Shown here: piece after piece, positions 8,958 to 17,459 of the stretch
How positions within the stretch are numbered: position 1 is the first letter of the stretch
Layout of the letters: every line of letters begins with the position of its first letter
Origin: a virus
Lineage: Duplodnaviria; Caudoviricetes
IMG/VR virus record: IMGVR_UViG_3300021356_000024
Span: 1-52,672 of that record
Length of the DNA stretch: 52,672 nt
Direction: 5' to 3' (one strand)
Position numbers and translations under genes: made by a program
Notes under the pieces: generated by a model
Databases searched by the model: none
Told to the model about the DNA's origin: nothing
What the model saw: only the letters and a program-made list of their open reading frames with translations

Positions 8958-9765
8958 TAAAGTTACAACAGATATGACTGTGTTTGGTCTGCAACGCAGT
9001 GGTACAAATTTTCTTGAACAATTAATTCGTAGAAACATGAATGGTGCGACCGTGATCAACACGTGGGCAAAAGGTATCTGGAAACATATCTACGACATCG
9101 AAAATAACACACCATTTTCTGATGATAATAATAATTTGAAAAGACGTATACTCGGCCACTGGGGCGGCCAATACAAGTATGACTTGTTACTTCAACAAAA
9201 AATTTTGCCGATTTATATTCACAAACATCCGTATAGTTGGTTAGAAAGTATCGTCAATAAATCGGTTGACATCACAAAGGTATATCCTCAGATAAGTGAG
9301 AATCAGACAAAGAACACTTATTTTCAGTTTGAGAATATCAACCTGATCAGCGCAACAAAGTTGTGGCAGGCACACACTAAATACTGGTATAGTAAAAAAC
9401 AAAAAGATTTGTTTCCTATCTACATTCTCAGTTATGAGAACTTGATACGTGATGAGGCCTCGACACGGCACCACGTTGATGCGATTGCTACTTTCTTTGG
9501 AAAGACCTGCAAGCCGACAAAACAGAACTTGCCGATTGATATACCAGAGAAAGTAGGTCAGTCAGATAAATTTACTGAAGAAAAAAGACAACGTTACAAC
9601 GAAGTGAGAGTAACACACTTTAGTTGGGAACACATTCAAGAGATAAATAAACATTTGGACCGTAATTTTGTTCGTAATATCTGCGGTTACACTCTGTGGA
9701 ACGACGAAGAAACTTACTGGAAACATAAGAAACCAATTGTTATAAATAAAGATGACAAACAATAA
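8950..9765 (+). CDS. sulfotransferase-like protein
   Basis: PAPS-loop-like GLQRSGTNFLEQL; KHPYSWLES; SYENL. Confidence 0.7.
   Translation: MSDKVTTDMTVFGLQRSGTNFLEQLIRRNMNGATVINTWAKGIWKHIYDIENNTPFSDDNNNLKRRILGHWGGQYKYDLLLQQKILPIYIHKHPYSWLESIVNKSVDITKVYPQISENQTKNTYFQFENINLISATKLWQAHTKYWYSKKQKDLFPIYILSYENLIRDEASTRHHVDAIATFFGKTCKPTKQNLPIDIPEKVGQSDKFTEEKRQRYNEVRVTHFSWEHIQEINKHLDRNFVRNICGYTLWNDEETYWKHKKPIVINKDDKQ
9741..9748 (+). promoter_or_regulatory. T4 late promoter
   Basis: exact TATAAATA, 84 nt upstream of ATG 9832. Confidence 0.75.
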
Positions 9766-9767
9766 CA

Positions 9768-9834
9768 CATTGTACAGTTTAGGCTACGGCAGACCTGTGC
9801 GACTAAGGATAAGGTTAAGGCAAACTCCACAATG
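9768..9834 (+). ncRNA. candidate cis-regulatory leader with two similar-loop hairpins
   Basis: GTACAG-[TTTAGGCTACGGCAGAC]-CTGTGC and GGA-[TAAGGTTAAGGCAAAC]-TCC; CATTGT can pair with ACAATG, which contains the start codon. Confidence 0.45.
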
Positions 9835-11580
9835 AAAGACGATAATACTCCTATCGAGGATCTGGGCACTCCTCAAACAAGTGAAACCTCTATTGTATCC
9901 GAAGACGCAAGGTCTGCCGTTGTCCTTTCTTTTGGCCGATTAAATCCTCCCACCTCCGGTCACCAGAAACTTGTTGATAAAATAGTATCGGTTGCTCGTC
10001 GTAAGAAAGCAACGCCGATGTTGTTTATGTCACAATCACAGGACAAAAAGAAAAACCCTCTCTCATACGCCGACAAAGTAAAGTACGCTACAAAAGCATT
10101 TGGTAAGATCGTGCAAAAGTCCAAGGCACGTACTATCATTGAAGTACTGAAAGAACTCACAGGCAAGTACGATGAAGTTACTATCGTAGTTGGCGGCGAC
10201 AGAATTGAAGAGTTTAAGAAACTAATTTCAAAGTACAACGGCAAAGACTATAACTTTAAGAACATTGATTATATGTCCGCTGGCGAACGTGACCCAGACG
10301 CAGATGACGTAACAGGTATGTCTGCATCAAAACTCAGAGGTCATGCTGTTGCGGGCGAATATAAACAATATCGTGCCGGTTTGCCCCGTCGATTCTCGGA
10401 TAGAGATGCGAAGGAAATGTATAATAAAATACGTAGTGCAATGGGTATTTCAGAAGAGATGACATTGCAAGAGGTATTGACCTTTCAACAGCGCATGAAG
10501 AAAAAAATGATGATGCGCCGAATCAAAGGTCGTATCAAGCGTGGTCGTCTCATTGCCAAAAGGCGTTTAGCCAGTCCAGAAAAACTCAAGACCCGATCTG
10601 CCAAGAAGGCTCGTCAGATTATGCGCTCGCGATTGGCCGGCGCACAAGGTAAAAAGTATAATCAATTGCCTTACAGCGCTCGAATGCAGATCGATAAGAA
10701 ACTCAAAAACAAGCAAGCAATCATATCTCGTCTCGCTAAGCGACTGTTGCCAAAAGTACGTGCAGCAGACCGCGCTCGACTCGCAAAACTACGTTCAGGC
10801 GGAACAAAGAAAGAATCATTTGATGTAGAGTACATCCGTTCTGTTGATGAAGTTTTACGCCGAATCGAACGTGAACAAATCTCCGAAGCAGTAGAGAAAA
10901 ACCTGCGAAAGAAAAGTGAGAAGTATGGTGTATCGATCAGTCAACTAAAAGAAAAGTATATCGGCTTCAAGATGGGATACATTGACACCGATGCACAGAC
11001 TGCCGAACAACAGGCCTTTAATTCTTTGAATGTGATGTTAGCAAATGAACAGAAGACACGTATGCAAGAAGCATATGATTATCACATTCAGGAAGGCATC
11101 TCGTTTGTCGAAAACGTTTATCGTGTTGGTTCAATGAACTACTTTAAACTGATCGAAGAAGCAAAGAAACGATTTGAGGCAGGTGAATATAATCCTGATC
11201 CTTTTGAAGCAGAGTTTTTGCAAACAGATATTGGCGAGTTTGCCATGTATGAAGGCGAACACGTACCTCTCGACTGTCCGATGGAAGAACCAATTGCAGA
11301 GGAAGAAAAGAAGCCTCTTGGTAAACCCATGCGTGGTGGTCCCAAAAAGTTTTATGTTTACGTAAAAGATCCATCAACAGGCAATATTAAGAAAGTTACT
11401 TTCGGCGATACTACTGGCCTGAAAGTTAAGTTAGACGATCCTAAGGCACGTAAATCTTTTGCTGCTCGTCATCAATGTTCAACACAAAACGACCGAACTA
11501 AGGCGGCATATTGGGCATGTAGATTGCCACGTTATGCGAAACAATTAGGCCTATCAGGCGGTGGTAATTTCTTCTGGTGA
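9832..11580 (+). CDS. HIGH-type (cytidylyltransferase-like) nucleotidyltransferase fused to basic, acidic and DUF6321-like modules
   Basis: SFGRLNPPTSGHQKL, KNPLSY, VVGGDR, SAGERD, MSASKLR; C-terminal RKSFAARHQC...AAYWAC. Confidence 0.8.
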   Translation: MKDDNTPIEDLGTPQTSETSIVSEDARSAVVLSFGRLNPPTSGHQKLVDKIVSVARRKKATPMLFMSQSQDKKKNPLSYADKVKYATKAFGKIVQKSKARTIIEVLKELTGKYDEVTIVVGGDRIEEFKKLISKYNGKDYNFKNIDYMSAGERDPDADDVTGMSASKLRGHAVAGEYKQYRAGLPRRFSDRDAKEMYNKIRSAMGISEEMTLQEVLTFQQRMKKKMMMRRIKGRIKRGRLIAKRRLASPEKLKTRSAKKARQIMRSRLAGAQGKKYNQLPYSARMQIDKKLKNKQAIISRLAKRLLPKVRAADRARLAKLRSGGTKKESFDVEYIRSVDEVLRRIEREQISEAVEKNLRKKSEKYGVSISQLKEKYIGFKMGYIDTDAQTAEQQAFNSLNVMLANEQKTRMQEAYDYHIQEGISFVENVYRVGSMNYFKLIEEAKKRFEAGEYNPDPFEAEFLQTDIGEFAMYEGEHVPLDCPMEEPIAEEEKKPLGKPMRGGPKKFYVYVKDPSTGNIKKVTFGDTTGLKVKLDDPKARKSFAARHQCSTQNDRTKAAYWACRLPRYAKQLGLSGGGNFFW

Positions 11581-11586
11581 TTCTAT

Positions 11587-11859
11587 ATGAAACCTTACAG
11601 ACAGACTCAATTCAATATTGATGATAATTCTTTTTATAGAATTTTTGATATGGATATCGAAGATCCTGAGTTGGTGTGGCACCGAGACAAAACTAACCGA
11701 GAATGTTATGTTGTAGAAGGTGAAGGCTGGATGTTTCAGTTTGAAGATGAACTGCCTTTCACAATACGAGAAGGCGACACAATACACATAAGTCGTATGG
11801 ACTACCATCGTTTGATTGCAGGTCAATCAAGACTAGTACTTAAAATATACGAGAGCTAA
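11587..11859 (+). CDS. cupin-like small protein
   Basis: ELVWHRD...VVEGEGW.FQ...DYHRLIAG. Confidence 0.65.
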   Translation: MKPYRQTQFNIDDNSFYRIFDMDIEDPELVWHRDKTNRECYVVEGEGWMFQFEDELPFTIREGDTIHISRMDYHRLIAGQSRLVLKIYES

Positions 11860-11861
11860 GA

Positions 11862-13454
11862 ATGAAAAGTTTCAAAGAAGCAAGAGGCGATGGCCAACAC
11901 ACCAGATCGGCGAAAGAAAGAATCAAAAGAGAACGTCGAAGTGATGCACAGAAGTTTGATCGTATCCTAGATCGAGCGGCCGTTGCAGATGCAAAGGAAC
12001 GTGCTGCAGTTTCTAAGCCAAGAATGGAAGAAACTCAGGTTGATGAAGTATATAAAGTACCTGCTGGTATGAAGTTTATCGCTTCCTATGTTTACAAAGA
12101 CGCGAAAGGCAAAGACCACACTCACAGACATCTACGCAAAGGAACCAAGATGACTGATCCTGTTGTTGTCTATATTGACGGCAAAGAGTGGAAGACTTTT
12201 GATCGTTTTACAAAGGCAAAGCAAGCCGCGATTAATCACATCAAGACGATGAAAGAAGAAACACAGATTGATGAACGCCGCAATGCTGGCCAGTCTGCGA
12301 CTGGTTATGATATCTATCATAAGACATATTCTGACGCAATGCAACACGCATACGCTCATGCGAAAAAGAAACACGGTGTAACGGTTCGGTCCAGTGAAAT
12401 AGATAGAAAAGTCGCCATGGGTCCACGTAAACCTTCTACTGGCAAAACCGTTTCTCACATTTTAAAAACAGACTCAAGAAAAAATTTACATGTTCAGGTT
12501 TACAACACTGGCAAGTCATATGAACTGAATATGTACGTTGAAGATGTCAGATCATACACTCAACAACCAGACGTTGATCGGTTTCTTGACCGTGTGATTA
12601 ACAAGTCAAAGTATAAGAAAGCAATCCGTTTTTATCTTGACCTGCGTAAGAAAAATCCAGGTAAGGCAAAAGAGAATGCAATCAAGGCCTCTAAGATTAC
12701 AGGCGGTGACTTCCGCAATCTTGAAAAAGTCTTTCATGATATGATCAAGAAAGGCAAACTGCCAAAACATCTCGCATGGCGCAAAGACCTTGTGGAGAGA
12801 ATTGCTTACGTTGTAGAACAAGTAAAGACAATCAAAGTTGGTGAAGATGTTTTTGGTGCTGATGAAGCACACTACATCCTTGTCAAAGAAAGAAAAGTAA
12901 TGGCACGTGGCAGCAAGAAAGAAATGTTGTCTCGTTGTCAGAAAGAAGGCGGCCGAGTTTGGTTGTCAACAAAAGATGTGGGTGATATTGTCGAAGGCGT
13001 TGCTCAGGATCCCGATATCAAAGATAAGAAAGGGACGCAACCTAAGAAATATTATTCAGGAATGAAAAAGTCCACGAAGTCTAAAAGAGACGCACACTTT
13101 AAGAAAGGTGCGAAGATGGACGATGACAATCCTGAGGCATACAAGCCTGCACCCGGTGATAAAGGCGCTAAAACCAAGCCGTCTAAATACACCACCAAAT
13201 TTAAAAAGATGTATGGTGAAGAAAACATCGAAGAGTCTGCTGAAGCTGGCCTGAAGAACAAAGCAGAGAAAAGTGGAATCTCAGTAGGAATATTGAGACA
13301 AGTTTATAAGCGTGGCGTTGCTGCGTGGAGAACAGGTCACAGACCAGGCACTACACCTCAACAGTGGGGCATGGCGAGAGTCAATTCGTTCATCACCGGC
13401 GGCAAGACACGCAGAACTGCGGATGCCGATTTGTGGAAAAGAGTAAGGAAATAG
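11862..13454 (+). CDS. modular putative internal head polyprotein with C-terminal DUF5824-like module
   Basis: MKSFKE N-terminus; basic modules separated by EETQVDE, EETQIDE, IVE and NIEE; C-terminal RGVAAWRTGHRPGTTPQQWGMARVNSF. Confidence 0.75.
   Translation: MKSFKEARGDGQHTRSAKERIKRERRSDAQKFDRILDRAAVADAKERAAVSKPRMEETQVDEVYKVPAGMKFIASYVYKDAKGKDHTHRHLRKGTKMTDPVVVYIDGKEWKTFDRFTKAKQAAINHIKTMKEETQIDERRNAGQSATGYDIYHKTYSDAMQHAYAHAKKKHGVTVRSSEIDRKVAMGPRKPSTGKTVSHILKTDSRKNLHVQVYNTGKSYELNMYVEDVRSYTQQPDVDRFLDRVINKSKYKKAIRFYLDLRKKNPGKAKENAIKASKITGGDFRNLEKVFHDMIKKGKLPKHLAWRKDLVERIAYVVEQVKTIKVGEDVFGADEAHYILVKERKVMARGSKKEMLSRCQKEGGRVWLSTKDVGDIVEGVAQDPDIKDKKGTQPKKYYSGMKKSTKSKRDAHFKKGAKMDDDNPEAYKPAPGDKGAKTKPSKYTTKFKKMYGEENIEESAEAGLKNKAEKSGISVGILRQVYKRGVAAWRTGHRPGTTPQQWGMARVNSFITGGKTRRTADADLWKRVRK
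12027..12275 (+). repeat. direct repeat encoding the EETQ(V/I)DE linker
   Basis: gaagaaactcaggttgatgaa(12027-12047) versus gaagaaacacagattgatgaa(12255-12275). Confidence 0.7.
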
Positions 13455-13969
13455 GTCCTTTTTTTAGTGAGGAATATAGAGACTATATAACCGAGATACA
13501 CAAAAAAATTCCTCACTGGGGAAGAACGAGAAAAAGGTTAGTTAGATTCTATAAATTTCTTCACGATGAAAGAGTTACAAGTTTCGTAGACTACGGATGT
13601 GGTAAAGGCTGGTTAGAACAGTTTTTGGATCCCATGCCAGTATCAAGTTACGATCCGATGGTTGAGGAGTTTAGCAATCCTGACTATAAGTCACAAGGAT
13701 GGCTAGTGTGTTTAGATGTACTTGAACACGTAGAAGAAAAATATTTAGATAACGTTTTGCGACACATTTATAGAAGTTTTATACACAAAGCGTTATTTTA
13801 TATTTCATGGGCGGATACTGATATCTTCCCAGACGGAACAGATGCACATATCACCAAACACGATTTTCATTGGTGGTATTTGCGACTAACAAAGTATTTT
13901 GTGGTTGAACAAATTGAACTGAAGCACGCTGACATGGGTGCTTTTTACATTGTAACGAAGAGAAGGTAA
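13433..13969 (+). CDS. class I SAM-dependent methyltransferase-like protein (start uncertain)
   Basis: FVDYGCGKG, SYDP, CLDVLEHVEE, AHIT; nearest in-frame start is GTG at 13433. Confidence 0.75.
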   Translation: MEKSKEIGPFFSEEYRDYITEIHKKIPHWGRTRKRLVRFYKFLHDERVTSFVDYGCGKGWLEQFLDPMPVSSYDPMVEEFSNPDYKSQGWLVCLDVLEHVEEKYLDNVLRHIYRSFIHKALFYISWADTDIFPDGTDAHITKHDFHWWYLRLTKYFVVEQIELKHADMGAFYIVTKRR

Positions 13970-13974
13970 TTATA

Positions 13975-14259
13975 ATGGATTTTGAAAACACGAAGAAGCA
14001 TCAAGGCTTGATGTCTGCTGTCCGTGATATCATGATGAAGAATCAAGATTTGCGAGCACAAGAACTAGAGAAACAATACGGTCATTACGGTAAAGAGCCT
14101 GAAGTTGAACAACAGGCCGCACCAGAGGTAGAAGTGCCTACTGAACCTGTTGTCGATGCAGAACGAGACGCAGGCGCCGAGATGGTCGATCCAGATACAG
14201 TAACAGGAGCTGAGAGTGAGTCAGGAGAAGGATCAGAACCAGAACAACCAACTGGATGA
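13975..14259 (+). CDS. hypothetical acidic protein, possibly prohead-core associated
   Basis: AAGG RBS; E/P-rich tail. Confidence 0.65.
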   Translation: MDFENTKKHQGLMSAVRDIMMKNQDLRAQELEKQYGHYGKEPEVEQQAAPEVEVPTEPVVDAERDAGAEMVDPDTVTGAESESGEGSEPEQPTG

Positions 14260-15157
14260 AGCGAAGTACGCTGTCACGGTTGATACGTTGCCCAAGTTTT
14301 ACATGGACGCAGAAAGTCCAGGTAAGGTTGCGATTGCCTTGCGTAAATTGCTGAAGAAATCTTCCTCTATCATTGACATCGAAAGAGTGACACCTACGAA
14401 GATGAAACAAGATTATAGGGAGAGAGTTGTGGGTAAAGACGAACTCGACGAACAGTTTACTGTTAAGTATGCCAAGCGAAAGACCGGCCCAATCAAACAA
14501 GAGAAGTTTAAGAAACTTGATGACGCAAAAGAGTTTCTTGCAACAGTACGTGCCGCAGGCATGAACGGTCTGATCTCTAAAAACGGCAAGCCAATCAAAG
14601 AAGCGGCTGAAGACAAAGAACCTGCCTCGCCTGACGAAATGTCAATGGCGTTGAAGCAGGCTGAGTATATCGGATACGTTGCACGTGAAGTCAAAGAACA
14701 CCTTCAAGGTAAAAAAGAATTTCCAGAGTGGATGCAAAACAAACTGACCAAGTTGCACACCAATGCTGAATCGATGCACTCTGCATTAGGTTCTCACGGT
14801 CCAGTATCCGAACAGGTAATTGACGAAAAGTCTGTATCTAAGGCGCAACAGAAGTTAATGGCTATGGCGCTTGCATATAAGCGAGGCGAAATGGACGATG
14901 CTTCTGACACAGTTAAGAATCTTGCGAAGTCTATGTCAGAGAAGGACCTTGAAGATTTTGCAAAAACAAAACACAAGGGTCTACCTGATAAAGTAGAGGA
15001 ATCTGAAATGAAAAACTTTAAAGAATTCGTTGCAGAGAAAAAAGAACTTTCACCTGCACAGAAAAAGCATCTTGACCAAGACAACGATGGCGACATCGAT
15101 GGTAAGGATTTTGAGAAGCTCCGTTCCAAGAAAAAGAAAGATGGTGACGAAGAATAA
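14216..15157 (+). CDS. modular putative internal head polyprotein (DUF3008-like module, EF-hand-like tail)
   Basis: QLDE, ELDE, IKE and VIDE linkers; KSVSKAQQKLMAMALAYKRGE...FAKTKHKGLP; MKNFKEFVAE; DQDNDGDIDGKDF. Confidence 0.75.
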   Translation: MSQEKDQNQNNQLDEAKYAVTVDTLPKFYMDAESPGKVAIALRKLLKKSSSIIDIERVTPTKMKQDYRERVVGKDELDEQFTVKYAKRKTGPIKQEKFKKLDDAKEFLATVRAAGMNGLISKNGKPIKEAAEDKEPASPDEMSMALKQAEYIGYVAREVKEHLQGKKEFPEWMQNKLTKLHTNAESMHSALGSHGPVSEQVIDEKSVSKAQQKLMAMALAYKRGEMDDASDTVKNLAKSMSEKDLEDFAKTKHKGLPDKVEESEMKNFKEFVAEKKELSPAQKKHLDQDNDGDIDGKDFEKLRSKKKKDGDEE

Positions 15158-15159
15158 AT

Positions 15160-15167
15160 TATAAATA
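15160..15167 (+). promoter_or_regulatory. T4 late promoter
   Basis: exact TATAAATA. Confidence 0.8.
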
Positions 15168-15201
15168 CACTCACCTTGTATAACAATAAGAGGAAACTAA
15201 A

Positions 15202-15495
15202 ATGGCACTTTGGGGCACGTTAGATCAAGCAGATAATGCACCTAAGTTTACTACTACAGCAGCGTCTGGAAACACAGGTTCCCAAGACTTTGGTACAGTG
15301 GTATTTGGTGTTGATGTAGCAGAAGCACAGGAAGTACGAGACGACAACAACGGCGGTGTTGCTCCTGGTTGGGTACGCAAAACAACTGGTACTGGAGGCC
15401 GAAGTGGCCGCGTCCAGCACGAAACGTTGGTTGCTATGTCTAATCAAGGCGGTATTACTACTGACGCTGAAGACGTTGAATTCCCTGACGCTTAA
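15202..15495 (+). CDS. putative virion structural protein
   Basis: own late promoter, GAGG RBS and terminator; MALWG...PGWV...GR..HETLVAM as in T4-like marine phage virion proteins. Confidence 0.7.
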   Translation: MALWGTLDQADNAPKFTTTAASGNTGSQDFGTVVFGVDVAEAQEVRDDNNGGVAPGWVRKTTGTGGRSGRVQHETLVAMSNQGGITTDAEDVEFPDA

Positions 15496-15503
15496 TTTAA
15501 AAT

Positions 15504-15533
15504 AATAAACCCCCCGACAGGGGGGTTATTTTT
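15504..15533 (+). terminator. rho-independent terminator
   Basis: AACCCCCC-GACA-GGGGGGTT followed by ATTTTT. Confidence 0.85.
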
Positions 15534-15542
15534 CGGTAGATT

Positions 15543-15929
15543 ATGATTACACTTTCTGAGTCCAATTTTTTGTTATATGCGGCGGCGAACTACAACGCAC
15601 AATGTTACGACACCGACGAGTTTTATGATGACCTGAAAAGATTCAAGTACATCAAAAGACTCTTTTCTCGGTACGTAGACAAAAAAGAACTCAAAGAAAG
15701 ACTGATATTGAATCACATGATTACGTTGTATAATGTGTTTGAATATCGAGCTTGCACACGGATGTTGTTTCATAAAATAGATGACAAGCACTGGCATCTA
15801 TTAAAAACATTTTTGATCTTCATGGAAAGGATGCCTGACCACATTGAAGGTATCAGAGAAAAAGAAATAATTAGGGCATCGGATATCGGTGTCGATTTGA
15901 ACATTGCCAAAACGCTGAGGCGATTATAG
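15543..15929 (+). CDS. conserved T4-like hypothetical protein
   Basis: NFLLYAA..Y...EFYDDLKRFKYIKRL...ERLILNH. Confidence 0.8.
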   Translation: MITLSESNFLLYAAANYNAQCYDTDEFYDDLKRFKYIKRLFSRYVDKKELKERLILNHMITLYNVFEYRACTRMLFHKIDDKHWHLLKTFLIFMERMPDHIEGIREKEIIRASDIGVDLNIAKTLRRL

Positions 15930-15940
15930 AGGATTGAAAA

Positions 15941-16084
15941 ATGGCAAAGAGAGTGGGATTGGGTATGGCTGCGAACATCACGCCAACCAACAAAGGCACA
16001 AGCATTGGCCGCAAAAATATTAAAATGGCATCGATGAATAAAAACCGCAAACGTAGTTTTAAAAAGTATAGAGGTCAAGGTTAA
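15941..16084 (+). CDS. small basic protein ending KKYRGQG, 47 aa (not in ORF track)
   Basis: GAGG RBS; MAKRVGLG...KRSFKKYRGQG; TAATG coupling to the next gene. Confidence 0.75.
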   Translation: MAKRVGLGMAANITPTNKGTSIGRKNIKMASMNKNRKRSFKKYRGQG

Positions 16085-16683
16085 TGGCAAAAGGCGTTTT
16101 CGACATTGCAGCTATCTACATGTTTCTGAAGCGCCTAGTCACGCCTTTCGAACAATGGGACGCTTATAAGACCGGACTGATCGACAAAGACGGCAAAGTA
16201 ATAGTACCAAAGAACGAGAGAACTCAGGAACAAAACAAGTCATACGGGTATTTTGACCGACTCGTAGCCAACCTGAAAAAGTTGATGGCAAAGATTCCAG
16301 GCGGCAAGACACGTATTGCGTCTTTTGCAGCTGCACTACTTTTGTTGAAAGAAAAAAATCTTGATCCAGATGATATCGATTATCTGGAAGAGTGTTTGAA
16401 CCACTACATGAAAGAGGCGACATTGCTCTACGAAGAGGTGCCTACTGTAAGTGCAAGTGGTGGTCAGATTGCAGGCATTGGTGTTGGACCAAAGGGTGAA
16501 CCCGGACTGACACCTGCACAGGTTAAGAAGCACAAACGAAGAGTGAAGAAAACCAAAGAGCAACTGAAGAAAGCCGTAAATGAAAAGTGGTCTGAAAAAT
16601 ATAAGAGATCGATTGATTGCGAAAATCCTAAAGGATTCAGCCAAAAAGCTCATTGTCAAGGAAAGCAAAAAAAGAATGCTTAG
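16084..16683 (+). CDS. T4-like gp61.1-type conserved protein with appended small modules
   Basis: KRLVTPFEQWDAYKTGLIDKDG; C-terminal KWSEKYKRSIDCENPKGFSQKAHC. Confidence 0.7.
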   Translation: MAKGVFDIAAIYMFLKRLVTPFEQWDAYKTGLIDKDGKVIVPKNERTQEQNKSYGYFDRLVANLKKLMAKIPGGKTRIASFAAALLLLKEKNLDPDDIDYLEECLNHYMKEATLLYEEVPTVSASGGQIAGIGVGPKGEPGLTPAQVKKHKRRVKKTKEQLKKAVNEKWSEKYKRSIDCENPKGFSQKAHCQGKQKKNA

Positions 16684-17098
16684 TTTATTGACTGGAGGAC
16701 TGAAAGGTCCTATGACTATGGTTATGATCGCAGTGCTTGCTTCCGCAGCAGGCGCCGCAGGTCTTTACTATTGGTCTACACAGAAGGAATTACGTGACCT
16801 CAGGCAAGCGAATACAACACTGACTGTACAATTGAACAGTGTACAACAGGCTGCTGAAGAGAGTCAACGTGCGTTTGACAATGCAATGGCTTCAATGGCA
16901 ATTTTGCAAGAAAAGCAAGGCGAATTGCAGATCAGACTGAAAGATGCAACACAGTACAATACGACACTGATCAATAAGTTAAGAAAACACGATCTTACCT
17001 ATTTGTCAAAGAGTAAACCCGGTTTGATAGAGAGACGAGTGAATGATGCAACACAGAAAATATTTTCTGAGTTTGAGTCTATTACTGCTACTGATTAG
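16676..17098 (+). CDS. i-spanin-like (Rz-type) protein
   Basis: N-terminal TM helix plus long coiled coil ending KPGLIERRVN; overlaps a lipoprotein gene. Confidence 0.7.
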   Translation: MLSLLTGGLKGPMTMVMIAVLASAAGAAGLYYWSTQKELRDLRQANTTLTVQLNSVQQAAEESQRAFDNAMASMAILQEKQGELQIRLKDATQYNTTLINKLRKHDLTYLSKSKPGLIERRVNDATQKIFSEFESITATD

Positions 17099-17435
17099 TG
17101 GTTGTAGTACTGTCAAACAACCAGATCCGATTGTCGTAACAAAGACACAGTACATTAAGCAAGAAGTGCCTATTCAACCTAGGCCTGACGCAATCAAACT
17201 GAATAGCGTCTATTTTCATGTGGTGACTGAGGACAACTTACAAGATTTTATAAATAAATTCAAAGAAAAAGAAGGTGAGTTGGTTTTCTTTGCACTGAGT
17301 GTGCCTGATTATGAGAACATGTCCTTGAATATCGCTGAATTAAAGAGATATATCGAGCAACAAAAATCTCTTATTATATACTATGAAGAGGGAGTCAGTA
17401 TCGAATTGCCTGATGCAGACGACCAACCGGAGTAA
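17043..17435 (+). CDS. o-spanin-like (Rz1-type) lipoprotein
   Basis: lipobox LLISG-C; Pro-rich segment; overlaps the 3' end of the i-spanin-like gene. Confidence 0.7.
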   Translation: MMQHRKYFLSLSLLLLLISGCSTVKQPDPIVVTKTQYIKQEVPIQPRPDAIKLNSVYFHVVTEDNLQDFINKFKEKEGELVFFALSVPDYENMSLNIAELKRYIEQQKSLIIYYEEGVSIELPDADDQPE

Positions 17436-17459
17436 ATACAACGTATAATAGAGGTTGAG

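Noticed and set aside
9768-9834. c-di-GMP-I or known NAD+ riboswitch
   Set aside because: GGCAAAC is present, but the GNRA/receptor architecture and other consensus blocks are not
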